From an uncultured delta proteobacterium (lineage in GTDB: Bacteria; Desulfobacterota; Desulfobacteria; Desulfobacterales; JAFDCJ01), in contig CAVYNY010000014.1 of the NCBI GenBank assembly GCA_963769935.1, forward strand, positions 64,001-128,000: a stretch of 64,000 bases of DNA. The letters run 5' to 3'. The notes below the pieces were generated by a model, which made no database searches, had not been told where the DNA came from, and was given only the letters and a program-made list of their open reading frames with translations. How positions within the stretch are numbered: the first letter of the stretch is position 1; each line of letters starts with the position of its first letter. Below, piece after piece: positions 48,438 to 57,921 of this stretch. The position numbers were made by a program, and so were the translations under genes.

Positions 48438-49076
48438 ATGGGCGTCGCTTCCAATCAGAAACACCCGACTGGTATATCCATTGATGGTATTGTCATCATA
48501 TCGATTTATATCGCCGCACAACTGCTGTCCGATATTGCCAGTCTAAAAATCACGTTGATCGCCGGCTTCAGCATGGATGCCGGCACTTTCATCTATCCCG
48601 TGACGTTCACCATCCGGGATCTGGTTCACAAGCGACTCGGCATAACGGCTGCCCGAACTGTAATTATTCTGGCGGCGGCCATCAATCTTTTCATGGCCGT
48701 ATTTTTTCACTTCGTCGCCTGGCTGCCCCAGGATCCCGCCTGGGGTCTGGGGCATGAATTTGCTGCCATCCTGGGGCCGGTATGGCGCATTGTCATCGCC
48801 AGCATTGTGGCCGAGGTCTTTGGCGAACTGATCGACACCGAGGTATACCATCTGTGGGAAAGCCGCATCACAAAAAAATACCAGTGGATGCGGGTTCTGT
48901 CCAGCAACGCCGTCAGCATTCCCGTCGACAGCCTGATTTTCTGCTGGGGCGCCTTCGGCTTTGTACTGCCGCATGCGGTCGTCTGGTCCATTTTCTGGGC
49001 CAATGTGATTGTAAAAGGCGTGGTGACGCTTTTCAGCCTGCCTTCGATCTATTTAGTTAGGGATAAGCCGGGTTAG
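48438..49076 (+). CDS. Queuosine precursor transporter (VUT/YhhQ family)
   Basis: Multi-TM; GTFIYPVTFTIRD, RIVIAS, SNAVSIPVDSLIF. Confidence 0.9.
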   Translation: MGVASNQKHPTGISIDGIVIISIYIAAQLLSDIASLKITLIAGFSMDAGTFIYPVTFTIRDLVHKRLGITAARTVIILAAAINLFMAVFFHFVAWLPQDPAWGLGHEFAAILGPVWRIVIASIVAEVFGELIDTEVYHLWESRITKKYQWMRVLSSNAVSIPVDSLIFCWGAFGFVLPHAVVWSIFWANVIVKGVVTLFSLPSIYLVRDKPG

Positions 49077-49295
49077 AGGTTCAAAGGTTTGGGGCTTCGC
49101 CCTTCGGGCTGCGGCCCCCACCGGCAGGGTTCAGAGGTTCAGGGTTCAAAGTTTGGAGACTGCTCCGAAACCCTCGTGTGAAACTACCTCTCACACAGAG
49201 CGCTCCGAGATCACAGAGGTCTGGGTTTACAGGCGCCTGCGGCGAAAGAAAAATGTTCTCTGCGGTCTCTGTGAACTCTAACGAAGTGGGCGTGA
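49077..49295. repeat. Cluster of short intergenic repeat elements
   Basis: GGTTCAA/GGTTCAG heptamers flanking hairpin GGGGCTTCGCCCTTCGGGCTGCGGCCCC; CACAGAG...CTCTGTG inverted element at 49191-49295. Confidence 0.7.
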
Positions 49296-49324
49296 TATTA
49301 AATCCAACTGTGTCCGATTTCCAA

Positions 49325-49476
49325 AAGTTTCTTTTATGATCAGACCGGCCGTTGTTTTGGCCGGCGGCGGCGCTTATATGAAACTACATTAAGTTTCTTC
49401 TACGATCAGACTGGCCGCCGGCGGCCAGGGGCGGTGCTCGTGTGAAATATTAGAGTTTCTTATACGATCAGACTGG
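49325..49476. repeat. Tandem REP-like palindromic units (two full, one partial; period about 63-66 nt)
   Basis: AGTTTCTTnTAyGATCAGACyGGCC-hairpin-GGCC..GGCGGyGCT..TrTGAAA at 49325, 49391 and 49454; 3' fragment at 49173-49187. Confidence 0.85.
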
Positions 49477-49504
49477 AAGTTAAATCGCAAAAAGGAGGTT
49501 TCAA

Positions 49505-50188
49505 ATGCCGGTAAAAGTCACATGGTACAGCCATGCCTGTTTTTTAATTGAAACCGATAAAGCCAGACTGCTGGTGGATCCCTTCATTACCGACAACCCG
49601 CTCTCACCGGTAAAGGCCGACGACATCCAGGTCGACTATATTTTTGTATCCCACGGTCACGGCGATCATGTGGGCGACAGCGTCCCGATAGCCAAACGGA
49701 CCGGAGCCATGGTGGTATCGAATTATGAGATTCAAAACTGGATGGTTGCCCAGGGCGTTGAAAACGTTCATCCTCTGCATATCGGCGGCGGGTTTGACTG
49801 GCCCTGGGGGCGGGTCAAATTGACCATGGCCCAGCATGGGTCGATGCTGCCGGACGGATCTTGCGGCGGCAACCCGTGCGGTTTCCTGTTTTACATCGAT
49901 GGCAAAAAGATCTATCATGCCTGTGATACGGGTTTGTTTTACGACATGAAACTCATCGGCGAGGAAGGCATCGATTTGGCCATATTGCCGATCGGCGATA
50001 ATTTTACCATGGGGCCCGATGATGCGCTGCGCGCCGTGAAGCTGATAGAACCCAACCAGGTGGTACCCATCCATTACAACACCTTCGATGTAATTAAACA
50101 GGATCCGCAGGCCTGGGCCATCAGAGTACAGCAGGAAACGACTGCCAAAGTGATGGTGATGAACCCGGGGGACACAATTGAGCTTTGA
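49505..50188 (+). CDS. Metal-dependent hydrolase (UPF0173, MBL fold)
   Basis: AGGAGG RBS; VDPF, SHGHGDH, YHACDT, LPIGDNFTM, PIHYNTF. Confidence 0.93.
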   Translation: MPVKVTWYSHACFLIETDKARLLVDPFITDNPLSPVKADDIQVDYIFVSHGHGDHVGDSVPIAKRTGAMVVSNYEIQNWMVAQGVENVHPLHIGGGFDWPWGRVKLTMAQHGSMLPDGSCGGNPCGFLFYIDGKKIYHACDTGLFYDMKLIGEEGIDLAILPIGDNFTMGPDDALRAVKLIEPNQVVPIHYNTFDVIKQDPQAWAIRVQQETTAKVMVMNPGDTIEL

Positions 50189-50345
50189 CTGACAAGAACC
50201 GGGGGATAAAAATTGAACATAGACGATCGGATACAACGGGAAATCCGAAAGCGGGCCTTTAGTCGAAGGCATAGCCTCGAACAGCAGACAGCCAGTGCAC
50301 AATACCCGCAAAACACCAGCGCTTATCTTTTTAGATTTTAATAAT

Positions 50346-50488
50346 AAAAATGGTTTCTAAGTGCCGGATTTTATTCGATGGCAAGGCGCGAGGAGGAGAA
50401 AAAGCGCAGCGTACTTCAGTACGTGAGCATTTTTCGACGACGATTTACGCCGACATCGGATAAAAGATGGTATTTAGAAACCATTTTT
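50346..50488. mobile_element. MITE-like fold-back element
   Basis: Terminal IR AAAAATGGTTTCTAAGTGCC/GGTATTTAGAAACCATTTTT, inner IR TTTTATTCGATG/CATCGGATAAAA, central CGTACT-TC-AGTACG. Confidence 0.7.
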
Positions 50489-50521
50489 TTCCTCAACCTG
50501 AGGAATAAGAAGCTAGATCCC

Positions 50522-50725
50522 TCAGCCGGAGGGCTTGCAGGAGGGCGCCGCGAACCCGCCCGAACCGCTGACTGCGCCATGCGCCCTGACACATCCGGCC
50601 GACATCAGCTTTTGGACATCCCCGCAACTGCACGCGGGGCATTTGGGCGGCGGATCATTGGCGGACAAAGTCAGTTCTTCAAAACAATGGCAGCAGGCTT
50701 TGCACTGGTATTCGTAAATCGGCAT
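50522..50725 (-). CDS. FmdB family zinc-ribbon protein
   Basis: AAGGAG RBS; MPIYEYQCKAC.H.FE...CPAC...KLMS. Confidence 0.93.
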   Translation of the reverse strand: MPIYEYQCKACCHCFEELTLSANDPPPKCPACSCGDVQKLMSAGCVRAHGAVSGSGGFAAPSCKPSG

Positions 50726-50949
50726 GATTAAGACTTACTCCTTCATCTAAATTTTCATATATAATAACGTCTGTACCCGGCAAGTCAAGATCTGATGCAA
50801 TGAATCGGGAGGCATTTTAATCAGCCGGAGTAAAAATCCATATTTGCTTGACATCACGACCCCGATTTTAGATATCTGGAATGACTGCCGGGATTGATTC
50901 AGGCGGTGAAATCACCAATAACCGTCAACAGCCACACCGAACAAATACG

Positions 50950-51666
50950 ATGATCATAGTTACCGATGCCCATATCGGCAAAGCCGCTGAAAGCCACACC
51001 GCCTTTTTCCAGATGCTGGAAGCATTTGAAAAAACCGACCACGACCTGATCTTTCTGGGTGATATTTTTGACCTCTGGATTGCCATGCCCCGCTACGAGG
51101 AAGCCATCCATGCCCAATTCAGGGCCTGGTGCCGCAATCAAAAAACAATCCGCGCCATCGGGTTTTTGGAGGGCAACCACGAATTCTATCTGGCGGACGA
51201 AAAGCCTGAAACGTTCACGTGGTGCCCGAAAGAGGCCTGGCTGCGGGATCATACCGGAGTCCTTTTCGTTCACGGCGATCAAATTAATCGCCAAGATAAA
51301 ATATATCTGGGCTTCAAGAAGCTGACCAAAAATAAAATTACAAAATTCATCCTGCGCACCCTGCCTGGCGGGCCTTTACTGATTGGTTCCCTCCAACTGG
51401 GATTAAACCGCCAAGATAATAAAAACCGTGGCTATTTACCCGAGGAAGAAATCGAGAAATTTGCGGAGTCCAGATTTGCCGAGGGCGTCAATACCATATT
51501 CGTGGGACATTTTCACCGTGAATATCGCTACCGCAATCATGAATCAAAAGAATTGTACGTTTTACCGGACTGGCTCAGCACGCAAAAAATTACCATCTAT
51601 CAGGAGTGCCCGAAGCTGATAAAATCGATCCATTGGAAAGATCTGGCTACGGGAAAGCAGATGTGA
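50950..51666 (+). CDS. lpxH: UDP-2,3-diacylglucosamine diphosphatase (LpxH-like metallophosphoesterase)
   Basis: TDAH, LGDIFDLW, EGNHE, HGD, GHFH. Confidence 0.75.
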   Translation: MIIVTDAHIGKAAESHTAFFQMLEAFEKTDHDLIFLGDIFDLWIAMPRYEEAIHAQFRAWCRNQKTIRAIGFLEGNHEFYLADEKPETFTWCPKEAWLRDHTGVLFVHGDQINRQDKIYLGFKKLTKNKITKFILRTLPGGPLLIGSLQLGLNRQDNKNRGYLPEEEIEKFAESRFAEGVNTIFVGHFHREYRYRNHESKELYVLPDWLSTQKITIYQECPKLIKSIHWKDLATGKQM

Positions 51667-51802
51667 TCATTCCAGGCGGGAGCCGTCGTTGATGTTAATT
51701 TTAAGGTGCCGTAAATACTAGAAAAAGTTCTCATGCAATAACGGCGGCAAAAGCGATGATCACGGCTGAAAAGAGGGAACGGGTGTATATTTTTGCTCTG
51801 GG

Positions 51803-52606
51803 CTAGATGGCAAAATCGCAATAAACAGGGACATCCCCATCGGAAAGACTACCAGTTGGTGTTTGGCTGGTTTCTTCGGGACAAAATAACCGGCCATAGT
51901 CGATCGTACACGGTGCATTCAAAGATGCCAATTGGGCGGCCGCTTTTTGCAAGGCATTGGTATTGAACACTTTCGGCAGGCGCTTTAATTTTTGACAAAA
52001 GCGTTTTGCGCCCTCAACCTTTTTCAGCAGGGTTTGGATAAGATAATCCGCCGAAACAATCGAACTTGTATCGTATACCGATTTCGGCGGTCTCAGCACA
52101 TTGGCAGCGGGAGATACAAGGACATAAGGTTTTATGCGGGGTCTGACAGGAATTCCCAAACGTTTGGGCATGATTTTGTTTTCGGCCAGGGCTTTTCTAA
52201 GAGCCTGGATTCGTTTTCGATTCTCTTCTATGGGTGAATCGACGGATTGATATTTGCGACCGTCGAATACAAGAAATTCCCCAGCGGCCGTTATTTTAAG
52301 ACTGTAGGTGTAATTTTTGGACTCGACTAGATAAATGTCGAAAAATTGATTGATCAGGATATGGTCAATTTGGGTGGATGAACCGTTGTTTTCAATTTTC
52401 AAGTCGTGGATAATCGCCCAGTTGCGGGAATCGGCACAATAAAAATTGATAAAACGGACGGCATCTCTGCCGCCATCGTCTACGGGGCTGATATTTCTTA
52501 ATTCCCTTTCGATCAAAAATTTTTTTCTGGGACTCAAATTCAAAGCAAGCAGATCCCTCAGCTCTTCAATCGTCCCATTCCGGCCATCTCTATCCTTGAT
52601 CAACAT
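51803..52606 (-). CDS. NERD domain protein
   Basis: IHDLKIE, QIDHILI, LVESKNY, SPIEEN. Confidence 0.88.
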   Translation of the reverse strand: MLIKDRDGRNGTIEELRDLLALNLSPRKKFLIERELRNISPVDDGGRDAVRFINFYCADSRNWAIIHDLKIENNGSSTQIDHILINQFFDIYLVESKNYTYSLKITAAGEFLVFDGRKYQSVDSPIEENRKRIQALRKALAENKIMPKRLGIPVRPRIKPYVLVSPAANVLRPPKSVYDTSSIVSADYLIQTLLKKVEGAKRFCQKLKRLPKVFNTNALQKAAAQLASLNAPCTIDYGRLFCPEETSQTPTGSLSDGDVPVYCDFAI

Positions 52607-52995
52607 GTTTCACACCTATAAAAAGTAAAGAATCCTGGCGCAGCCGGCAGGCTTTAATTTCACCATAGATGGCTGGTATAGCCGTCAAAGAACCAATGCC
52701 CCATGGCATTCGATCATGCCCCTCTTGCCCACTGCTACCGGGAATATATCGGCCATAAAAGACCGTGACTTTAGCTCTTTTCCAAACCCCGGCGATGAAT
52801 TTGTTCACCACAATCGATGGATATCGATTTCAATGAAACCAACCAAAGTGGTTTTTGAAATCCGGGAGTAAATGTGATATCTTAAATTTTTTCGCAGAAT
52901 TAAATCTGATCGAAGAAAGATTTTGCCAAACAAGGAATCCGGGCCCGGAAAAGCAGTCTGCGGTTCCGGCATATCAGGCTGAGGGATCTATAAAA

Positions 52996-53712
52996 ATGAA
53001 CTTTTTCAGTGGGATAAAATACAACCTGCAGGGCCTGGCGATGAGTTTGAAAAATCCAAAACTGCTCCTGCTGGGTCTTGTAAGGTTTGCCGTGGTGATT
53101 ATTATCACCATTGCGTCGGCCAGCGTTATACTGGTTTATCACCAAGAGATACTGGATTTCATGTGGTCCAGACCCGAGAGCCGTTGGGTCGAATGGCTGT
53201 GGTATCTCCTATCCTGGCTGCTATCGGCGGTTTTGGTGGGATTGTCGGCGGTATTATCTTACCTGGTGTCACAGATTCTATTCAGCGTCTTTATCATGGA
53301 TCTGATGTCCCGCATCACCGAAAAAAAACTGACAGGTACAATCCGGGCATCTCAGGATACAACTTTGGGGCGGCAATTTTTGTTCCTGGTCAAACAGGAA
53401 ATCCCCCGCGCGACAATTCCGGTGCTCCTGACCCTGCTTCTGATGGTACTCGGCTGGTTGACACCGCTGGGACCGGTGATCACTGTCTTATCATCGGCGG
53501 TGGCCGTGATTTTTCTGGCCTGGGACAATACGGATCTGATCCCTGCCAGGAGGCTGGTGCCGTTCGGCGAACGGTTTGGTATATTGAGACGCAACCTTCT
53601 CTTTCATCTGGGCTTCGGCCTTCTTTTTTTGATTCCGTTTCTCAATATTCTCTTTCTCTCGTTTGCCCCCGTGGGAGCAACCCTGTATTATATCGATAAA
53701 ATCAACGAATAG
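52996..53712 (+). CDS. EI24/CysZ domain membrane protein
   Basis: Multi-TM; MDLMSRITE, FLAWD, IPFLNILFLSFAPVGATL. Confidence 0.85.
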   Translation: MNFFSGIKYNLQGLAMSLKNPKLLLLGLVRFAVVIIITIASASVILVYHQEILDFMWSRPESRWVEWLWYLLSWLLSAVLVGLSAVLSYLVSQILFSVFIMDLMSRITEKKLTGTIRASQDTTLGRQFLFLVKQEIPRATIPVLLTLLLMVLGWLTPLGPVITVLSSAVAVIFLAWDNTDLIPARRLVPFGERFGILRRNLLFHLGFGLLFLIPFLNILFLSFAPVGATLYYIDKINE

Positions 53713-53737
53713 CCTGTGATATAAAAGGCCTAAAAAG

Positions 53738-54316
53738 ATGGAAATTCGAAGTGCGGCCAAGCTGACGAACTCAAAATGGTTGAACATGTTCGAGGTCTCA
53801 TATGTCGATCCGGCCGGCCGCATCCGCGCCTGGCAGACTGTTACCCGCGCTGCAGAGCCCAAATGCATCACCGGGGAATACAATACGCCCGATGCCGTCG
53901 TGATTGTCCCTTATCACACGGCAGCCGCCAAGCTGGTAATTACCAGAGAATTCAGGGTGCCGTTGGCGGATTATGAATACGGTTTCCCGGCCGGCCTGGT
54001 CGACAAAGGGGAAACCATTGCGCAGGCAGCCCGCCGCGAATTGAGGGAGGAAACCGGACTCAGACTGACTCGTTGTATCAGGATCAGTCCACCGCTGTAT
54101 TCATCAGCCGGCATGACCGATGAATCCGTGTCGATGGTTTATGGCGAGTGCGACGGACAGCCTTCAACAGAAGGCAATACCGGACCGGAACTCATCGAGG
54201 TACAACTCATCAACCGGTTGCAGGCAGCGCAATTGTGCCGCAACCCGGCCTTGAAGTTCGATGTCAAGGCCTGGCTGGTGATGGCCGAATTTGCCGTAAA
54301 AGGAAACATACAATAA
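53738..54316 (+). CDS. NUDIX hydrolase (ADP-ribose pyrophosphatase-like)
   Basis: [10 protein letters not shown]...[11 protein letters not shown]udix box; SSAGMTDE. Confidence 0.92.
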   Translation: MEIRSAAKLTNSKWLNMFEVSYVDPAGRIRAWQTVTRAAEPKCITGEYNTPDAVVIVPYHTAAAKLVITREFRVPLADYEYGFPAGLVDKGETIAQAARRELREETGLRLTRCIRISPPLYSSAGMTDESVSMVYGECDGQPSTEGNTGPELIEVQLINRLQAAQLCRNPALKFDVKAWLVMAEFAVKGNIQ

Positions 54317-55125
54317 TGACGCAAACGGACTACTACCAGGTCCTGCAGGTGGACCAGAACGCCACGGCCGCCCAAATCAAAGAGGCTTTCCGCCAGCTGG
54401 CATTTAAATATCATCCGGACCGCAACGATGGAGATCCGGCGGCATCCGAGAAGATGAAAAGGATCAACGAAGCCTATGCCGTTTTGTCAAATCCGGCCAA
54501 AAAAAGCGAATATGATAACTTAAGAACCCGGTTTGGCTCTTCGGCGTACACGCATTTTAGGAAAAACTATACTGAACAGGACATCTTCAGCGGATCGGAC
54601 ATCAACCACATTTTTGAGGAGATGGCCAAAGCCTTCGGATTGAGGGGTTCCGACGAAATTTTTAGAGAATTCTACGGCCGGGGATTCCAGCAGTTCGAAT
54701 TCAAAAGACCGGGCGTCCATACCCGGGGATATGTATTTCGCGGGCCTTGGAAAACAGGTCATCAACCGCGGTCACAATTTCCTCTGAGAGGGAATATGGG
54801 GCATATTGTCCGATTTATGCTAAAAAGAATCGGCGGCGTTCAACTGCCGGAAGACGGCGCCGACATCCACGAAAACATCTATTTGGCTGCCCGGCAGGCG
54901 CTGCAGGGCGGACCTTATGCCTATTATCTGCGGCGCCGGTCCAAAAAGCTGGTGGTCAAAATTCCACCCGGCATCCGCGAGGGTCAGCGCATTCGGCTCG
55001 CGGGGATGGGTGCGACAGGCAAGGACGGCGGCAAACCCGGCGACCTGTTATTAAAAATTCACATCCGCAAACCGCTGCTGGAGGGCATCAAAGCGTTTTT
55101 TGCCAAACGAAAGGCCAATCCATGA
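54316..55125 (+). CDS. DnaJ-domain protein (CbpA-like)
   Basis: [20 protein letters not shown]-terminal [20 protein letters not shown]. Confidence 0.92.
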   Translation: MTQTDYYQVLQVDQNATAAQIKEAFRQLAFKYHPDRNDGDPAASEKMKRINEAYAVLSNPAKKSEYDNLRTRFGSSAYTHFRKNYTEQDIFSGSDINHIFEEMAKAFGLRGSDEIFREFYGRGFQQFEFKRPGVHTRGYVFRGPWKTGHQPRSQFPLRGNMGHIVRFMLKRIGGVQLPEDGADIHENIYLAARQALQGGPYAYYLRRRSKKLVVKIPPGIREGQRIRLAGMGATGKDGGKPGDLLLKIHIRKPLLEGIKAFFAKRKANP

Positions 55126-55727
55126 AAACGATTGTCTGTCACGGCGACAGCCTGACCGAAGCATCTGATGTGGATAAAAATTGTACCTGGCCGGCCCTGG
55201 TGGAAAACAGATTGAACGTAAAAATTATTAACAGCGGCATCGGTGGTGATACCAGCGGCGGGCTGCTGAGTCGCTTTTATCACGACGTTGTGCGGCATGG
55301 ACCGGATATGGTGATCCTCTTGGGCGGCACCAATGATCTTTGGTGGGATCTCGATATCAATTTGATTCAAGCCAACATATACGCCATGACCTGCCAGGCC
55401 GAGTTTCATAATATTACGCCGATCGTGGGCCTTCCCTTGCCCTTGCTGATGGCAAACATCCAGGGTCGGCAGATGATGGCGCCGATCGCCGGCTGGCCGA
55501 AATGCAGACAAAAATTAGCCGACCTGGTAGCGGCGTTGGCAGCTTCAGCCCGCGCAAGCGACATTGCCTTGCTGGATTTCTATCACTTGTTTCTGGGCCA
55601 AAACGGCGAGCCGCTGGCAGAATATTATCTGGAAGACGGTCTTCATCCCAATGAGCAGGGTCATCTGTGCATGTCTGAAAAAACGGTCGATTTATTGTGC
55701 AATCAGTTTTATTTTAATTTTAAATGA
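55122..55727 (+). CDS. SGNH/GDSL hydrolase
   Basis: GDSLT, NSGIGGD, GGTND, DGLHPN. Confidence 0.93.
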   Translation: MKTIVCHGDSLTEASDVDKNCTWPALVENRLNVKIINSGIGGDTSGGLLSRFYHDVVRHGPDMVILLGGTNDLWWDLDINLIQANIYAMTCQAEFHNITPIVGLPLPLLMANIQGRQMMAPIAGWPKCRQKLADLVAALAASARASDIALLDFYHLFLGQNGEPLAEYYLEDGLHPNEQGHLCMSEKTVDLLCNQFYFNFK

Positions 55728-55817
55728 ATATATTGGTACCATGAATAGATCATGGGCAATTCGGCCCGCGGTTTTGCAAGCCGCAGACAAACTCGGATCA
55801 TAACACAAGGAGGACCT

Positions 55818-56495
55818 ATGAAATCGATTCCGCAAATTGCCGAAGAACAGATACACCGGTGGCAAGTCCTGCACAAACAAGCAACTGAAGAGACCAAAAG
55901 AATCCCCGTTGTCACCATCTCCCGCGAACCCGGCAGCGGAGGACGCATTGTGGCCCAGAAGCTCGCCGAAAGACTGGGATTTGAAGTGTTTCACCAGGAA
56001 GTCCTGCACGAAATGGCAAAGGAGGCTAAGATCAGCGAACAGATGCTGAATAACCTCGATGAAAGGGGGCTTTCCATTCTGGAAGATTGGATTGCATCTC
56101 TGGTCAACAGCCAACATTTATGGCCGGACGAATACCTGCATCACCTCTTGCATGTTATCGGTACGATCGGCAAAATCGGCCAGGCGGTGGTCGTGGGCCG
56201 GGGCGCAAATTTCATTCTGCCTCCAGAACGGCGATTTCGTGTTCGAATTGTTGCATCCCGCAAGTTCAGGATACACAATGTAGCCCGGGAATTTGGCCTG
56301 ACGGAAGAGGACGCCGAGCGCCGTGTTATCAAAACAGAATCAAATCGCCGGGCATTCATGCATAAATATTTTAATGCCGATATTGCCGATCCCCTCAACT
56401 ACGATATGGTTCTCAACACGGAAACGTTGAATCTCACGCAGGCCGTCGACGTGATCGCCGCAGCAATGGGATGCATAGTGGAGTGTAAGTTGTAG
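55818..56495 (+). CDS. Cytidylate kinase-like family protein
   Basis: AGGAGG RBS; VTISREPGSGG, VVVGRG, YDMVLNT. Confidence 0.9.
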   Translation: MKSIPQIAEEQIHRWQVLHKQATEETKRIPVVTISREPGSGGRIVAQKLAERLGFEVFHQEVLHEMAKEAKISEQMLNNLDERGLSILEDWIASLVNSQHLWPDEYLHHLLHVIGTIGKIGQAVVVGRGANFILPPERRFRVRIVASRKFRIHNVAREFGLTEEDAERRVIKTESNRRAFMHKYFNADIADPLNYDMVLNTETLNLTQAVDVIAAAMGCIVECKL

Positions 56496-56513
56496 CATTT
56501 TTACGCTCCGGTT

Positions 56514-57914
56514 TCATTGAATCAGCTGATGGAGTTTTTGAACCGGCTCTGCAAACTCTTCGCCGGAAAAACAGTACTGCATGTCCAGAAAACGGCGACG
56601 AAGCGCACGCACCTCGTCTTTGACGTCTTTTTGCTTGAGAATGACATCGGCCATCAGCTGGGCTAATTCACCAAAATCTTTCTCCGTCATGCCGAAACGG
56701 GTCATTTCCTGTACGCCGGTCCGCAGCGAGCCGGAGGCGGTAAACCCTTCTTCATCCGGAGCGGCCTGATAGTTGAGGATGATATTGTTGTCTTCCAGGC
56801 GCCGGGCAACTTCCGGCCCTTTGGCATAGCCCACATTCACGATGACCTGATGGGTCTCCGTATAGGAAACGGCAGGATCGCCGGCGACGTCCAACCCGCA
56901 ATCCTTCAGAGCCGCGGCAAACGCTTTGGCATTGCTGAGCACCGCCTTCTGATAGTCGTCCTTAAAATAATTCATCTCGTAAGCGGCCAGAAGCAGCCCC
57001 AGCAGCGTTCCCAGATGATGATTGCTCAGGCTGCCGGGAAAGGAGCGGCGTTGAACGGCTTCCCAGAAATCATAAAGCGGATCTTCCTGGGTATAGTTGG
57101 CGGCAATAATACCGCGCTGGGTACCGAAAAACGTCTTGTGCGTCGATCCGGTAACAATGTCCGCACCTTCCTTAAAGGGCTGCTGAAAATAGGGCCCGAC
57201 CAGGCCCAGCACATGGGCCATGTCGTACATCAGAATGCAGTCCAACTCGAGTTCATCAATAATGTTGCGAATTTCGGCCACCGGTTCACGGTGAATAATC
57301 ATGCTCTTGCCCAGAATTATCAACTCGGGGCGATGCCGTTCGATCAACTCGCCGCAGGCGGCGGCATCGATTTTATAGGGATTTTCATCCAATACCGGGA
57401 AGTTGACCACCGCCGGTTTTTCCCAGACCGGATCGCGCATCACAAAATCCCGCAACGCCCCCATGGGCTGCGCGCTCAGATGGCCGCCTTTGATGATGTG
57501 GTTATTCATAATCTTGCGAATCCGGCGCTGCTCGCTTTTGCGATCGGCCCGGTTTAAATAATCCACCATGGCGCTGAAGACGGTGACATTGGCCATCTGG
57601 CCCGAAATTAGCCGTGTTTCTACTTCCGTGCAGTCCAGATACTTTTTCAGTTCTGCTTGGAGCAGGCATTCGACCTCCGAAATGAAATCTGTTCCCTGAT
57701 AGTAAAAGATATCCGCTTCTTTAAACGCCTTGACCGGTTTGTGTTCGGCATATCTTCCCACCGGGTCCATGATGGAAAGCAGGCGGGTCATGGCCGAATA
57801 GGAGTGCTCGGAGGGAATCAAATTGATACATTCCTTTTGGCGCCAGATCGTATTGGAAGCCGCCTTTTCGATCAGGGTCCGGACCTGTTTGGCGGCCGGG
57901 TCGTCCGCCGACAT
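56514..57914 (-). CDS. glyA: Serine hydroxymethyltransferase domain (possibly the C-terminal half of a GcvT-GlyA fusion)
   Basis: INLIPSE, SGQMAN, GGHLS, DMAHVLGL, STHKTFFG (PLP Lys), SLRTG. Confidence 0.9.
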   Translation of the reverse strand: MSADDPAAKQVRTLIEKAASNTIWRQKECINLIPSEHSYSAMTRLLSIMDPVGRYAEHKPVKAFKEADIFYYQGTDFISEVECLLQAELKKYLDCTEVETRLISGQMANVTVFSAMVDYLNRADRKSEQRRIRKIMNNHIIKGGHLSAQPMGALRDFVMRDPVWEKPAVVNFPVLDENPYKIDAAACGELIERHRPELIILGKSMIIHREPVAEIRNIIDELELDCILMYDMAHVLGLVGPYFQQPFKEGADIVTGSTHKTFFGTQRGIIAANYTQEDPLYDFWEAVQRRSFPGSLSNHHLGTLLGLLLAAYEMNYFKDDYQKAVLSNAKAFAAALKDCGLDVAGDPAVSYTETHQVIVNVGYAKGPEVARRLEDNNIILNYQAAPDEEGFTASGSLRTGVQEMTRFGMTEKDFGELAQLMADVILKQKDVKDEVRALRRRFLDMQYCFSGEEFAEPVQKLHQLIQ

Positions 57915-57921
57915 GGTTTTC

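Noticed and set aside
49325..49476. Possible CRISPR array
   Set aside because: Only two and a half degenerate units, no unique spacers of regular length and no cas genes; it fits REP-like repeats better.
50378..50731. 117-aa plus-strand ORF
   Set aside because: It spans the MITE-like element and the antisense of the FmdB gene.
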